Origin: Geosiphon pyriformis uo1
Taxonomy: Eukaryota; Fungi; Glomeromycota
Direction: 5' to 3'
Length of the DNA: 64,000 nucleotides
Assembly (NCBI GenBank): GCA_016748015.1
Contig: JAAOMT010000239.1
Coordinates: 618,346 to 682,345 of the forward strand
The position numbers and the translations under genes were made by a program. Shown piece after piece: positions 39,898 to 51,743 of the stretch. Below the pieces are notes generated by a model. That model was not told where the DNA came from. It saw only the letters and a program-made list of their open reading frames with translations, and ran no database searches. Every line of letters begins with the position of its first letter. The first letter of the stretch is position 1.

Positions 39898-41530
39898 TAT
39901 TATGGGTAAACTTGGTAGGTATGGGAAATGGTAACGTTTGGTGCTCTCAATTATTGATGATGTATCTTCTGCGTAATTCTGTTGGCTTAGTCTTGATTAT
40001 CAGTCTCTGAAGGTCTATTCCTAGATGTGAATTTTACCCGTTAAGTTCTTTGGTTATAAGGCACAGAGTTTGTCTTTTGTCGATTGCAACGTTTTTCATA
40101 AATGTGAGCTTTCTTCTCTGAGCTAACAAGTGCAGTCGTTAGGGTTTGGCATTGTCTTTTCGCCCTTCTAGTAAGCTAACAAGATAATGTTAATATCCAA
40201 AACTTAGGGAGAACTTCTCTCTTTTACCAGACTATTACAAAGTCTATTCCCAAATAGTCAATTTTACTATGTTGCCACTCCACAAAAAAATAAGACAGAA
40301 AAAGAAAAAAAAAGAAAAAGAAAAGAAAAGAAAAGAGAGAAAAGATAAATTAATATTGTCAATTGCCATAATCAAGAGCAATTGGTCCAAATCGTTAATA
40401 GGTTTGAGGTGGTTATGCTAAGAGCATCTGTTCTAGAATGGAGATATGAGACAAGGGTTAATTCACATAAATTCCACAAAGTTCGAGAACATGAATTCAT
40501 GATTCTGATTTCTTTTAATAATTGGTTTATTTCAGGAAATGAAATAGGGAAGATAATAAAGGATGAAGGAGTATAGATATTTTAATTTCTGGTTTAGAGG
40601 TTTGTATCTATTTTTTTTTCTCTGTCTTTTCTCACTTCTACAACTACTTGCTTTTATACATTCTTTTGGTTTTACAGGATTGCTTTCAATTGTCTCACTA
40701 TTGCTAGCTATTGCTTTGTTGTTTCTGTTATTGCTTTGTTTTTCTACGTTATCGCTAGTTATCCTATGTTATAACATGTTATCTGACGTTATTACATGTT
40801 ATTCTGTATTATCCTGTGTTATAACACGTTATCCTACATTATTGCACACTATTCTGTGTTATTCTGCATTATAACACGTTATCCAACGTTATAATGCATT
40901 ATCCAATGTTATTGCATATTATTCTGTGTTATGTCACATTTTGGTCACGTTTCTTCATAACTTTGGATCGGTTTTTCTACTCGGGTAACACTGTTTAGTA
41001 GGAATTGGTTAATTTCAAAAGGGAAATAATTAAAGATTTGATTTTTCAATTTATTTGATATTTATTTTGTTTTTGTGTGTAAAAGATGATTCTCAAAATT
41101 AAATCTGAAGTAAGATATATTTTCTCGAAGAGAGAAGCTCTTCTTTTATACAACTTGTCATAACACTATTTTATGAACTTGAACTTTGCTCTTTTCTACA
41201 ATTTTGCTAAACTAAAGATACATTTCAGTGAACTACAAGTTATTTCTGTGAACTATTAGATATTTTGGTAAACTATCAATTATTTCGGCAAATTTCTACA
41301 AATTTCAGTGAACTTTTGAATATTACATATTTTGGGGTATTGTATGATTGATCATTGCACTTAGGTTATATTTGTGTTATGTACAAATTGAGTTATTAGT
41401 TAACTGATAATTTCAGACATTTTGCTAATGTAATAAGTGATGATTTGAAACGATAATATATGCTAATTAATGATAAGATTTATAAGGATAATTTCATGCT
41501 AAACAATATCTCTAATTTTGTCTGGTAACA
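39898..41530 (-). repeat. 5' LTR of C (about 1.6 kb if the X-like segment 40965-41530 belongs to it)
   Basis: Starts next to the PBS; GTAACA termini at both 40990 and 41530. Confidence 0.7.
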
Positions 41531-44500
41531 GCACTCATTGACAACAGTTTCTTGCCACAATTGATGCATACAAGTCTTGGCCATCAATAATTGGATTGTT
41601 GTAGAGTGTAGTGAGTGTAGGAATTATAAATGGCGGCAGTTGGTGGCGTTCCTTTTTTTTTTTTTTTCCTTTTCTCTTATCTTTGTTTCATTCCCAACTT
41701 AAGGCTTCTTTTTGTTTGTTGTCAGTCCAAGTCAGATTGTCAGTTTCTAAGATAAGTTTATTTGTTTGCTTTCCTTTTTCATTGTTGTTCCAAGAGAGTA
41801 TTGGTGACAGCTTGTTGTGCTCTTCATTAGCCCACAACACTTGATAGGCTTCCCAGATAGGTTTTGGTTTCTCTTTCTCGAAGTCAATTAGTGGTGCCGT
41901 GGTGTTGGTAGTCTTGAAGTGGCCACATATTGCTAGTACTTGTGTGTGTTGTCCATTCTGGCTGAGTTGAAGCTCTTGTGTATTCCAGTTCAGAGTGGCA
42001 TTTGTCTTGGACAGCCAGTCATTACCAACTAGAGCTTGGTATTGGGTGGCTTTTATAATGAGTACTTTAATTGGTACTATAATGTCATTAATTTTGATTG
42101 GTAAGTTATTGATTTCATCAATTAGAGTCTTGGTCGCTCCATCAGCCATGATGATTCTGGTGCTAGCAGCTTGATCAACTCGGTGACCTAATTGATCTAT
42201 GAGTTGTTGTGTGATGATGCTGCCTGCTGAACCACTGTCAAGAATTAGTTTGATGGGATGGCCATCAATTTTTGTATCAGTATACATGGCAGTAATTGGC
42301 TTTTCTTTCAGCGTGGCTCCACTAAATAATGGCGTGGTTGACAGTTCTTCGAGTTCGAATGGAAAAATGGCGTCCAGTAATTTGTTGTTGGTGACTGTTG
42401 CTGGCAGAATATTGTTGATATGTGTTTGTTGTTTTTGAGTGGGTTCCTGGTTGCTGAGTAAGGCATCTTCTGGGGTAACCAAGAGACTTAAATAGTCCTG
42501 GGAATTCGGGTTTTGGGGATTCCTGGTGCCTGAATTCTGTTGACGAGATCTTGTTTGACTGGAGGAGCTGAGGATTGGCTGATGAACTACCATCGATGAT
42601 CTTCAGTTTTGCTGCGTAATTCTCAGTCTTTGAACTCCGCTGGCCAGTATGTTTTGTGGTGGGGTCTGAATCATTTGGGGTTGATAAATTGTTGGCAGTT
42701 GTGGTTGATATATTACCAGTAGTTGTGGCTGATAAATTGGGGCCATTGATTAATAAATTGGAGCTTGATATACTGGTGGTTGATAAATTGATTGCTGTGT
42801 CATTGGCAGGTAAATAGTTTGATATTGTGTTAAGTTTGATTGATGATTCGGAATTGAAAATCGGCGATTAGGGTTTCGATATTGATTATTTAAATGCTGG
42901 TGGCAGTTGATTTAAATATGTTCTTGTTTACCACAATAGTGGCAGATACATGTTTCCTGTTGCCACTGTTAATTGGTTGATAAAAATGGATGTGGTTGAT
43001 TTTGGCCACGATTAGAGTTTCCTTGATTATTGCATTGTTGTAAAGGCTGATAAATGGCATGATTGTTAGCTAAGTATCCTTCTAATCTCTTATTAATTAA
43101 TTCACTGAACTTCTCTAATTTGAAATCCAATTCAGATAATCTATTCATTACTAGATTAACGGCTTGGGCATGGTTGGCTTCTGACTCAGCAGATTCAAAA
43201 TCTCTGACACATGTAACTGCGTCTTGAAGTGTGCCTGGATGCAATGGATGTACATGTTGCAGAATGCTGCTGTGCAGACCACAGATAAACTGGTTAAGTA
43301 TCTGTGGTGTTGTGAAATAGTTGGCATCAATTGCTTAAATTTGGTGCAGATTTCGATGGAAGCATCCCAGATAAGTGGTAACTGCTTCAGTTTCTCCTTG
43401 TTTCATGGTGGTAAACATGTTAACTAGACGATTGATGCTGTTATTGTTGCTGAAGTATCTTAGGAATTCCACTTTGAAGACATCAAAATCTTGTGGTTTA
43501 TTAATCAAGCTCTGGTACCATGAATTGGTGGTATCCTTGAAAAAGTAGGGAATGGCTTGCATTGTCTGGGCATTATTCCATTCATTGGCTGTGATGGTTT
43601 TTTCTACATCATTCAACCATACTTGAGTGTCATCTTTTTTGCTGGTAAAGTTGTCAAGTTTTGCAATTGGTGCATAGGCCATTGAATTTAAGTTGGGTAG
43701 TTGTGGTGGCTGTTGAAGTGGTTGTTGAAAAGGTAACAGTTGTTGGGATGGTACTTGAGATGGTTGAATTGGCTTACCAATTGGCTCAATTGGTGGTTAA
43801 TTGATAATGATAACTGGAAGTAGGTTTTGCTGATGAATTAATTTGGGGTTTTGATTTCTTTGATTTGGCAGGGTTTGAATATTTGGAGTTTTGATTTCCA
43901 AATTTTCTAAATGTTGCTGAGTTTGAATGTTCGGGTCTTCTAGGATTGGGTTTTGGTAATTAAATTCCTGATTCTCATCTTCTTCTTCTTCTGATTCAGT
44001 AATTTCCCAGGGACTGACAGTTCTGAAATCTGGCTGATAAGGTGGTGATTGAAATCCTGATGGTGTTGGCGATCTCAATTTAAATTCTTCAAAATAATCG
44101 CTGTATGCTCCTAATAGTTTGTTTTTCTTTTATTTACTCTAAAATGCAATTCTTGCTAGTGGCGTCTTTGTACTGGTGGATGCGTCTGCTGATGCAATGT
44201 TGATAATACTTCCAGGTGTGTGATGGTATGATGGATATATCAGAGATTCAATTCTTTGTTTCTTCCAGTTAGGAATTTGTATTCCTTTGGGTATTACTGC
44301 TGGTGTCTGTAGTTTTTCTTTGCCTTTGTCCTGGTAAGTAATAGGGAATGTCTTTTGTGTATATCTTTTAATTTCTTGGTTGATTTTTCTGATAATGGGT
44401 GCAAAGCTGTGATTTCTGGGTAAGTTGGTGTGTTGGATTAGTTCCGAATAGAAATTTTCTCTTGCTGATTCAATGTTAACTGGTCTTCCTAGGAAATCTG

Positions 44501-45584
44501 TAATTTTTTCGTTGATGTAGAAGTTGAAAGCTAATTCTGCTAAGTAATGGTTGTTGTTTAAGCCTAGCTGCTGACTGTACTGTTAAAATAAAGATTTCGC
44601 GAATCCTAGATGGTTTGTCCCTATTATTTCTGATTCTGCCACTTTTGGTTTGGTGTTGTTGGTGCTGGTTCTCTGTAGGATTATACCTCACAGAAAGCAC
44701 CAAATGTTATAGTTGAATTATTTGGAGTCTCAAGTCAAATAACAAACCCATAACTTGGTGCTCAAAAACTATTTCCGTCGATAATATTCTGAAAGTGTTG
44801 TATCTGAAGGTTTTGATGGAGTTCTTTGTATAATGGACAAAGATTCGATAGTGTGGTGATTCGTCATTTGTCAGTTGGTTCCCAATTTCTTTCTCAGCTT
44901 GGTGGCCGGATTTATTCTGGCAGTCATGCCCTTCTGGTAAGCTAACTAATAATATATATAAATCTACTCTTATTTCTGGGTCTTTTACCAGGCTATCCGT
45001 GACATCAATAATTTAGCACTTTTAATCCTCAATCAATTAGTAGGCACAACAAAATCAAAGAAAGAAATAAATAAAATAAAGAAAATAACAATGATAAAGA
45101 TAAACCAAGGCAATTTGGTAAGTTAATATCTCGTTAATAGCCATAATCAAGAGCTATTGTTCCAGTATAGTTAAGTATCAATTATTATCAATACTTCATG
45201 TTGATAGTAGAGAGTGGATTGAGATATAAAATAATTATTTATTTGATAATTGAGAATTGGAAAGTTGTTTTCTTTTTTTCTTTTTCTAAATCTAAACTGA
45301 GAGGTCTGTCTTTTCAGCTTCTAATCCTGCTGCTATATATACATAATTGAGATTCCTCAATTCCTCAATTCTTTATGACAGAAATCCTGGAATTTCTGGA
45401 ATCCTGCGATTTCTTTGAGAGGAATTCTGGAATTCTGGAATTCTGCGATTCCTCGTCAGAGAATCTTAAAATTCCTGGAATCTTGCAATTCCTGAGAGGA
45501 ATCCTGGAATTCCACATTTACTACGCCTACTTCTGATTGGCTACTAATCATGCTAATATATTTCCTATATTTCTATAAGTAACA
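41531..45584 (-). mobile_element. Ty3/Gypsy element D (family Y): 5' LTR, gag, protease, truncated at the first Cys cluster
   Basis: LTR 44705-45584, PBS 44686-44702, MAYAPIAKL..WLNDVEK, KLILDSGSAGS, LVCINCGKKL. Confidence 0.9.
44705..45584 (-). repeat. 5' LTR of D (family Y, 880 bp)
   Basis: Reverse complement of the 17318 and 49797 LTRs; TG...CA termini. Confidence 0.9.
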
Positions 45585-46220
45585 ATGGATTAGAGTAACA
45601 AGTTAACAGATAGCAAGGGAGAACAGAATTGTAAGGTGATAGAAATAATCAAAGGAAATTCAACTTTAAAGAGTGAATTAAATAAGTATGGATTCAATGT
45701 GCAAGATTAGTCTTATAAAATATCTCAATCGCTATACTTTTCAAAGATAACTGGGGAATCTGAAAGTAGAGAGATAGTTTATACTATCAACAAATGATTA
45801 CACTTGGTATAATTTTATGCTTCATGTTGGTACTCTTAGAATTCAATATTAAGTATCAGATGTGCTCTTCAGTCACGTTTTATTTAATAATTTTCAAATG
45901 CTACAATTACACATTTCAGAAAAAGGGTAGAAAATAACCAACAAGTAATCTTTTATCCCAAAATGTTCAGATACTTAAAAGTAGGGAAAAGGAAATTAGC
46001 GATAAGAGAAGGGTTGAGATAAAGTTATTTTTTTATTTTTTTATTTCTTTGATTACTACATGCTTTTCTACAGTTAAGAGATTCATTGCTTATATAGCTG
46101 TTAAAAGTGGTCAATGATCAGATCAATGATCACTTTCTAAAAATAGAGTGGCTAATTTATGTAATATCAGTGGTTAATATATGTGATAATTAATAAAAAG
46201 TATAAGTTTCAACCATAACA
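45585..46220. repeat. Probable fragment of another LTR family (W) inserted in the RT of E
   Basis: Non-coding; ends in ATAACA exactly where E pol begins; no second copy in the window. Confidence 0.4.
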
Positions 46221-46843
46221 GTAGGATTAGTCTCTTACTATTAGAAATTCATCAAAGGATTCTCAGAAATTGCCAAACCACTCAACTATCTTACCAATAA
46301 AAACGTGCCATACCAATGAACTGAAGAACAACAGAAAGCCTTTGACACTTTCAAAACAAAATTGACAACAGCTTCAGTTTTTGCTTACCCAGACTTCAAC
46401 AAATGGTTCCAATTAGCCATTAATGTCTCACACATAGCTTTTGGTGCCATTTTATCACAATTAGATAAAAAGGACCAAGAATAAGTTATTGCTTATACCA
46501 GCAGAACACTCAAGCCAACAAAACTCAAATATGGCTCAACTAAATTAGAAGCTGCCACAGTCATTTGGGCTCTCAAACACTTTCAACAATATCTGAAGAA
46601 TGGAAAAAAGTTTGACATCATAACTAATAATATTGGTCTTAAATGACTCAATAAAAAGAAAACTGAACAAAGTGCCAAATAGTCTCAATAGAATGATTTC
46701 TTAACAGACTACAAATACATTGTACACCACAAACCAGGAAAACTACACATCAATGTTGATAGTCTCTCAAGAATGAGACAAGATTAACACCACCAACAAT
46801 TCTATTACAACTTATCATTACTAACAAAAACAGCAAAACAACA

Positions 46844-48208
46844 ATGAATCTCAGAAATTATACCAATTTTAAAAACTATTTGGAGACTTTTACCATGTTA
46901 GAAAATTGGTCTCCAAGTAAAAAACATTGATTACAACAACAATCCAAACAATATTTTATACATTACAACAAAATCTATTACAAAAATTGCAAAAACCCAA
47001 ACCAACCACTCAGATTAATACAGGAAAATGAAAAAAAAAACAATTCTATACAACATGTACACAGATCCTTTTTTAGCACATTTGAGAAGAGATGGAACCA
47101 TCCAAAAAACTCTTGAACATTATTTTTGGCTCCACATGCAAAAAAACATTTGACAATATGTAGAATTTTGTGATAGTTGTCAAAAAAGAGAAGGAATTTG
47201 TTCCACAGAACCTTTAAATCCAATCAAAGTTGGACAACCTTTTGACAGAGTTGAAATTGATTTAGTCAGACCATTACCTATCACAACTTAAGAAAATCAT
47301 TATATTGCAGTTGCAGTAGATTATCTCACCAAATGGCCTGAAGCTAGAGCCATCCAAAGAGCAGATACAAAATCAATAGCAAATTTTATCTATGAAGACA
47401 TTATTTGTAGACATGAATGCCCAATTGAACTTTTATTTGATCAAGAAACACATTTTGTAAACAACTTAATACAAGAAATTTGTGAACAATTCAATGTCAA
47501 AAGACTTTATCATCATCTTATCACTCTTAAACAAATGAACTTGTAAAACATTTTAACAGAACATTGTGTAAATCTCTAGCCAAAGTCTCAACAGATTTTG
47601 AGCAGAAATGGGATATCTTTATTCTATTAGTGTTACTAGCATACAGAATACTAAAACAAGATACTATGAAACACACATCATTTGATTTAACTTATAGAAA
47701 GACAGCAATATTATTAATTAATTTCACAGTAAAAACATACTCTGGGCAACCAATTAATAAAGAGAACTTTTAAGAAACACTCCAAAAAAGGGTCTACACT
47801 CTTCTTAGTACACTGGAAGAAAAAAAAAAGATAGCAGCAACTCATATTGAATAGTTTCAAGCCCAACAAAAAGAAAGACATGACAACAAATTACCACTCA
47901 TTACCAACAAATTTAAAGTTAGAAATAAAGTTTTCTTATACAGAACTAAGGCTGAAAAACAATAGAGTGGAAAATTTGAAAACAAATAGGATGGACCATT
48001 TTATATTTATGAAATTCTAGACAATGAATTATATAAGTTAAGACTTGATAACAAAGTACTAGCATAAGTTGCACATGGAAATAGATTGAAACACTATTAT
48101 TCCAGAAACAATCCTGAACCATTAATTCCACAAATTGGTATACATTCTCCTTTAGTTAATCTTGAAGATATTTTCCAAAATTTAGAACCAATAATTATAA
48201 TAGAATAA
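46844..48208 (+). pseudogene. Integrase of E, separate ORF
   Basis: ATG 46844 after the RNase H stop at 46785-46787; FCDSCQ, IDLV, YLTKWPEA, DGPFYI. Confidence 0.85.
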
Positions 48209-48379
48209 CAGCCAAACTTGAACACTTAATTCAACATAATTTTACAATAAACTTACAAAACATAAATCAAAAATAGTAAATAATTACAAAGAAATTTTTA
48301 AACCCAAAAACAAATAAAAACTCCATATTCAAAAATAATTTTCTTTATTCTCTCTTTTTATTAATTAGTCATTTTTATT

Positions 48380-49022
48380 ATGATTATTCCCCGAAATATT
48401 CAACAAATATCCCAAAAATTAATATTAGCCTTAAAAACACTTCCTGACTTATCCATAACAATTAATGGAAGTTAAATTAACCCCTATAAAAGAAAAACAA
48501 GAAGACACTCTGAAAATAGGTTACCAAAACTTTTAAAGCAAGCACTGAAAGAAAACTTTTTAACTGCCTCTATTGACATTCCACCAAATGCCACAATTCA
48601 ACAAAAACTTTTACTATTTCTTAATGAACAGAACAATAAATATACCCTTATATATAAATATTTTCATATTAGAAAAACATTTTATGAACGAAAACTTAAA
48701 CTTGAAGCAACCAACATTACTCTTAAGGCCATACAAAAATAAATTCAAGACAACAGCTGGATTAACAAACACTTGCTACAAACTTAGAGCAGCATTTAGA
48801 CTCTATAATTTATTCAACATTTGTGAAAACATCTTACCAAATCCAATACTCTATCCAATAAAAATTCAATACATTGGAAAGCTTACAGAACTGAAATTTC
48901 AACAATTTTCAGACCAGATTACTTCAATTATCTTAGACCACTATCTTAATATCACAGATAGTGCTTGGACTTCAATAGAGTTCAGTCTTGAAGAGGAGAT
49001 TATGTTACCAGTAGAATTTTAG
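48380..49022 (+). pseudogene. ORF3 of E, unknown accessory protein overlapping the PPT and LTR start
   Basis: Homologous to 58390-58804 (YKLRAA.RLY.LF.ICEN.L.NPI, KIQYIGKLTELKFQQFSDQI). Confidence 0.7.
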
Positions 49023-49796
49023 CTATTAATTAGCATGAAATCACCCTTATAATTTCTATATTTAATTAGCATACATTATTATTAATTTGATTATTATTTA
49101 TTATTTAATCAAATTAACAAATATCATTACTCAATCAATAATCCGATTTGTACTCTAGAAATTAAGATAATCAAATTACACAATACCTTGAACCTTTTAA
49201 CATAGTTAAAATTTGCCGAAATTAATGAAAATTTGCCAAAATAATTAATAGTTCAGTGAAATAACATGTAAATTTGCTGAAATATATTTTTAGTTTACCC
49301 AAATTGTAGCAAAGAGAAAAGTGCAAGTTCAAAGACTAGTATTACAACAAATTGTATAAAAAAAGAGCTTCTCTCTTCAAAAAAATGTATCTTCCTATAG
49401 TATCTTAACATAGTATTCTACTTTAGATATCTTAATTAAAACAAATCATCTTTTACACATTCAAATAAAAATTAAATATTTGAAAACCAAATCCTTAAAT
49501 TATTACACTTGAAATTCTCTCAACACAACTAACATTTTAAAATTAATTAGCTACCAATTTCAATAATCTGTTAGTGACTCCAGGCCTGAATAGAAAATGT
49601 TTTTCTTAATAAAGTCTTATTTCTTTTATATTTCTTTCTTTTCTTATTATAATTATTAGAGTAGTCTATAGACAAGATTTTTGTAGAAAAGTTGACTTTC
49701 ACAGCAAAATAACTACACATTTTAGTGAACTTCCAGATGAACAATTCCTGGGAAAGAGTTGATGTTTACTACAATGTAACTACATAAAGTAATTGG

Positions 49797-50673
49797 TATT
49801 ACTCATAGAAATATAGGAAATATATATTAGCATAGTTATTAGCCAATCAAAAGTAGACATAGTCAAATGTGGAATTCCATAATTCCTTTTAGGAATTGCA
49901 GGATTCCAGGAATTACAGAATTCTCACAAAGAATCGCAAAATTCCAGAATTCCAGGATTCTTCTCAAAGGAATTGCAGGATTCCAGAAATCCCAGGATTC
50001 CTGTTGTGAAGAATTAAAGAATTGAGGAATTTCAATTATGTATATATAGCAGTAGGATTAGAAGCTAAAAAGACAGATCTCTCAGTTTAGATTTAATCTA
50101 AGCAACTCTCCAAATCACAATCATCTAATAAATAACTATTTGTTATCTCAAATTCATTTCCACTATTAACACTTCATGTTAATAGTAATTGACACTTAAC
50201 TATACTGGAACAATAGTTCTTGATCATGGCTATTAATAGAATACTAACTTGCAAATTGTCTTGGCTTATTTCTTTTCTTTCTTTATTTTCTTTTTTTTTC
50301 TTTATTTTCTGCTTTGATTTTATTGTTGTTTACTAACTCTATTGAGGATTAACACACAGAGCATTGACATCAGAATAAATGTGACTGGTAAAAGACCCAG
50401 AAATAAGAATAGAACACTTGATTGAGGATAGCTTACCAGGAGGAATACCAGCCATCAAGCTGGAAAAAAATTGACGAAACTGTGGTTTCGGAAAGCTATA
50501 AATAAAACTATCACCACTGAATCTCTGTCTATTATACAAAGAACTCAACTAAACCCTTTGGATACAAAATTTTCAGATACCAAACCTTCAGATCATTGAC
50601 AACAAGAATAGCTTTGAACACCAAGTTATGGGTTTGTTATTTAATCCAATACCAGAAATTGCCACCTGTAACA
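49797..50673 (+). repeat. Solo LTR, family Y
   Basis: TATTAC (decayed TGTTAC)...GTAACA; TSD ttgg (49793-49796) / ctgg (50674-50677). Confidence 0.9.
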
Positions 50674-50709
50674 CTGGCAAGGAATTGGCCATTTCACTTA
50701 TAAGCCCAG

Positions 50710-51697
50710 TGTTACCAGACAAAATTAGAAATATTATTTAGCATGAAATTATCTTATAATTCCTATTATTAATTAGCATATATTATCGTTTCAAATGATC
50801 ACTTATTACATTAGCAAAAATGTCCGAAATTATCATTTAATTAATAACCCAAATTGTACACAACACAAATATAACCTAATTGCAATGATCAATCATGCAA
50901 TACCCTGAACTATATAACATTCAAAAGTTTGCTGAAATTTGTAGAAATTCACCGAAATAATTGATAGTTTACCAAAATATCTAATAGTTTGCAGAAATAA
51001 CTTGTAGTTTGCCGAAATGTATCTTTAGTTCAGTGAAATTGTAAAAAATAGCAAAGTTCAAGTTTATAGAATAGTGTTACGACAAGTTGTATAAAAGAAG
51101 AGCTTTTCTCTTTAAGAAAATGTATCTTACTTTAGATTTATCACTTAGAACCATTCCTACACACACAAAAAGAAATAAAATATCAAATAATTTAAAAAAC
51201 CAATTTTTTTAAAATATTGCACTTGGAAAATCTCCAAAAAAAAAACCCAACTAACATTTTGAAATTGATTAGCTACCAATTTCAGTAAACTGTTAGTGAC
51301 TCCAGACCTGAATAGAAAAACGTTTTTCTTGACAAAATTCTATTTCTTTTACATTTCTTTATTTTTCTTTTCTTTTCTTATTACAATCATTTGGGTAGTC
51401 TACAGACAAGATTCCTGTAGAAGAGTTGACTTTCACAGCAAAATAACTACACATTTTTAGTGAGCTTCCAGACAAGCAATTCCTGGGAAAGAGTTGACAT
51501 TTACTACAATGTAACTACATAAAGCAACTGGTACGGAATTGGCCATTCCACTCATAAGCCCAGTAAGTTCAAATTATAAGAAATAATTTGAAGATAAATT
51601 CAGTTACTGGAGGTCCAACTACTTTCTGGAAACGTGAATTCACAACAAATTAACATTAACAACATTCGAGAAAAGAGACCAAAAACCTCCAGTAACA
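50710..51697 (+). repeat. 5' LTR of F (family X)
   Basis: Direct repeat of 58773-59760. Confidence 0.95.
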
Positions 51698-51743
51698 TTT
51701 GGTGCTCTCCCACGGAAACAACACAGCAAAAAACAACTTCAAA

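Larger units (their letters stand above)
32065..41530 (-). mobile_element. Ty3/Gypsy element C
   Basis: LTR similarity between 32065-32616 and 39898-40443; PBS 39879-39895; full gag-pol and integrase. Right end is 41530 (alternative 40990); flanks do not form a TSD. Confidence 0.85.

Noticed and set aside
48380-49022. env gene
   Set aside because: Too short, with no signal peptide, furin-site-plus-fusion-peptide pattern or transmembrane helix visible.
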